From an uncultured Planctomycetaceae bacterium (GTDB taxonomy: Bacteria; Planctomycetota; Planctomycetia; Isosphaerales; Isosphaeraceae), in NCBI GenBank assembly GCA_963833985.1, contig CAWIAD010000001.1:3168001-3232000 (forward strand): a stretch of DNA of 64,000 nucleotides, given 5' to 3'. The notes under the pieces were generated by a model, which did no database searches, was not told where the DNA came from, and worked only from the letters and a program-made list of their open reading frames with translations. The translations under genes were made by a program, and so were the position numbers. Shown here piece by piece: positions 61,899-64,000 of this stretch; within the stretch, counting starts at the first letter, position 1; each line of letters starts with the position of its first letter.

Positions 61899-62981
61899 TC
61901 AGCTTTTCGTGAACGCGGAGAGCTTCTCCAGTAGCGGGTCAATGATCGGCTTGAGCTTCTCGCTGACTCCGGGAATCGCCAGTACTTTCGCCACCAGTTC
62001 CTTGAGTTTCCCCAGGTGGTCGGCGGCCGTCCTGGCGACAGTGGATTTGACCGTCTCGGGCAGCTTGTCCCAGAGGCCCTTCAGCTCATCCAGCCGGGGC
62101 GTCATTCCGCTTAACCTGGGAGCGGCGGCTTCTGCCGTGGGCACGTCCTTCACTCCGCCCAGCAGGTCGGTCAAGTTGCTGAACACGCCCGTCAGATCCG
62201 CAGTCATCCTGGCGGTCTCGGGAATACTCGCGCCCGTCACCGCGGGCGCGGCAGACGCCGGGTGAGGAGCGTCCTTCACGGCGGGTGTTACCGACTCGAC
62301 AGCGGGCTTCTCATCGGTGGCAGGCGGATTACCGAAGAAAAACCAGGCAACGAGCCCCAGCAAGCAGAGCCCCACCAGGGGAAGCAGCCAGGATGGTAAG
62401 CCTGAACCTTCCGTGGCCGTCGGTGTGACCGCGGGAGCGGTGGACGATGTGCCGGCGCCGAAGCCCGGAATTCCGGCCAGCGACAGTCCCGGCGGCAGCG
62501 CGGCGTCGATATGCGTTTTCTGCTCGGCGAAGAAGCTCGAGAGTGCCCCGGGATCGAGGGTCTTGCCCGAGAACTGCTTCGCGATCGTGGCCAGAATCAT
62601 GGGCGCCAGGTAACTGAGAAGGCTCTTGAGCGGGCCAGACGCCATTCCGCAGACCTTGCCCAGCACCGCGAGGATGGCCGGAAGGGAGCTGGACCCCAGC
62701 AGCATCTCCAGCAAGCTTCCCCCTTTTTTCGCGAGTTCGTCGGCCTTCCCCGAAGCGAGGATGTCGCCGAATCCACCGTGGTCCGTGCCGATCTGTTTCA
62801 AGGCGTCGATCACCTTCTCTGCATTGCCCCCGCTCACCAGGCGCGCCAGCACGGCGAGCACTCCGGGAATTGCCGCGCCCACGGCGCTGCGCGTCTTGTC
62901 TTCCCCCACTCCGACCAGGGAACTCAATTGACTCAGGACGTCATCACCAAGATTGCTCTTGATCTGATCAATGATGTTCAT
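61899..62981 (-). CDS. DUF937 domain membrane protein
   Basis: MNIIDQIK..LSSLVG..SAVGAAIPGVL, LAPMILA and the TM segment WLLPLVGLCLLGLVAWFFF. Confidence 0.85.
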   Translation of the reverse strand: MNIIDQIKSNLGDDVLSQLSSLVGVGEDKTRSAVGAAIPGVLAVLARLVSGGNAEKVIDALKQIGTDHGGFGDILASGKADELAKKGGSLLEMLLGSSSLPAILAVLGKVCGMASGPLKSLLSYLAPMILATIAKQFSGKTLDPGALSSFFAEQKTHIDAALPPGLSLAGIPGFGAGTSSTAPAVTPTATEGSGLPSWLLPLVGLCLLGLVAWFFFGNPPATDEKPAVESVTPAVKDAPHPASAAPAVTGASIPETARMTADLTGVFSNLTDLLGGVKDVPTAEAAAPRLSGMTPRLDELKGLWDKLPETVKSTVARTAADHLGKLKELVAKVLAIPGVSEKLKPIIDPLLEKLSAFTKS

Positions 62982-63059
62982 CGAAACTCTCCGCGCGAAC
63001 TGAGGGTGTGCCGATCGACGTCGACGACGAGCATCGCGACAACGCCGCGAAGACCTTTG

Positions 63060-63100
63060 AAGCATTCATTATAAACGTTAATACACAATCGGAAAGCCAC
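63060..63100 (-). promoter_or_regulatory. AT-rich promoter candidate for the DUF937 gene
   Basis: Minus-strand TATAAT (63073-63068) in a markedly AT-rich intergenic stretch. Confidence 0.45.
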
Positions 63101-63251
63101 TAACAAAGACAAATCTTGTAAAGATATCATGAAAATAAATCGGAGGCCGCCGTGAAATGAACCAGACCCTGCGCGTGGGCGACCGGCGCGGCAGGCCAGT
63201 ACGGAACTGGCCCGCGGAACGTGGGGGACTGAAGTGCCGCCCCGAGACCGA

Positions 63252-64000
63252 TCATTCTTCTGGCCGCGGCCCGGATGCTCCGCCTGCTCTGGTAGAATCG
63301 AGATCCTTGCGCAGGGCCTTGGCCTCGGGATGTTCCGGATCGGCCTTGAGGATGCCGTCGAGTGTGGCCTCCGCGGCCTTCCGCTGGCCGGCGCCGAGCT
63401 GCGCCCGGGCGAGCTTGACCTTGATGTCGTTGGCTCGACTGACCTTGAGCTCCAGGGCGGTCTGGTATTCCTCGATGGCCGGAGCGAACTTGCCGCGGGC
63501 CGACTGCGCATCGGCCAGAAGGACGTGGCAAACGGGGTCGTAGACATCGATGTGCAGGCACTCCTCGCCCCAGCGCTCGGCCTCCGGATTGTTCTTGCGG
63601 GCCAGGTTTCGCTCGGCCAGCGCCTTGCGCACCGCGATGTCGTCGGCGTCGTTGGCGGCAATCATCGCCAGATCGCCCAGGAAGCCTTCGGTGTTTTTCT
63701 GCCGCAGGTGGACGCGCGCCAGCCCGGCAATCCACTTGGTGTGGTACGGGTCGTCCTTGCGCCAGCTCGTAGAGTTTTGCGGCTTCGTCAAGCTGACCCG
63801 CCTTCATCTTCAGCTCTGCGAGCAGATCGACGACCCGTTCATCGGGCCGCTTGGAGTCCAGCGCCGGCTCGAGCAGCTCCAGCGCGGCGGTATCGTCACC
63901 GATAGTCGTCAGCAGACGGGCTTTCACGTAGCTGGCCAGGGGATGGTGCGGCTTCAGCTCCAGCGCCTTGTCAGCGAACGGCCTGGCCTCCTTGTAATCG
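63252..64000 (-). CDS. TPR protein, C-terminal part; frameshift at ~63762
   Basis: TPR helices continue from ORF 63127..63927 (AAKLYEL) into ORF 63252..63791 (RKDDPYHTKW). The 5' end is outside the window. Confidence 0.8.

Overview
GC-rich bacterial DNA, most likely a planctomycete (Isosphaeraceae-like). This is inferred from an ECF sigma factor with a long C-terminal extension, two 'E-x-LE-x-R-x-x-LS' N-terminal export motifs, and the IS content. No rRNA, tRNA or CRISPR array was seen. Layout: (1) 1-2.0 kb, a graveyard of REP-associated tyrosine transposase (RAYT) and IS110 remnants with a 21-bp end motif and a novel-looking ~95-bp repeat; (2) a frameshifted CHAT-domain membrane protein, an ECF sigma factor, a GT-C-like membrane protein and a PadR pair, with a complete ISKra4-family IS (19-bp TIRs, 9-bp TSD) directly upstream of the padR -35 box; (3) metabolic genes including glyA; (4) a TolC/MFP/CzcA-type RND operon bracketed by two copies of an internally deleted, MITE-like IS with 26-bp TIRs; (5) an osmotic/membrane stress cluster (GlsB-like, antiporter, otsAB, cls); (6) the best candidate for an undescribed system, 38.8-44.8 kb: a DUF6065-JmjC hydroxylase fusion, a predicted sigma-54-driven exported protein ending in (Pro-Thr)22 with an in-frame TAG at codon 14, a sulfotransferase and an exported beta-helix protein, possibly a surface-protein hydroxylation/sulfation locus; (7) ordinary housekeeping and transport genes. 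Several genes are split by 1-2 nt indels, mostly in short homopolymers, which suggests assembly error. All family assignments come from motif recognition, not database searches.
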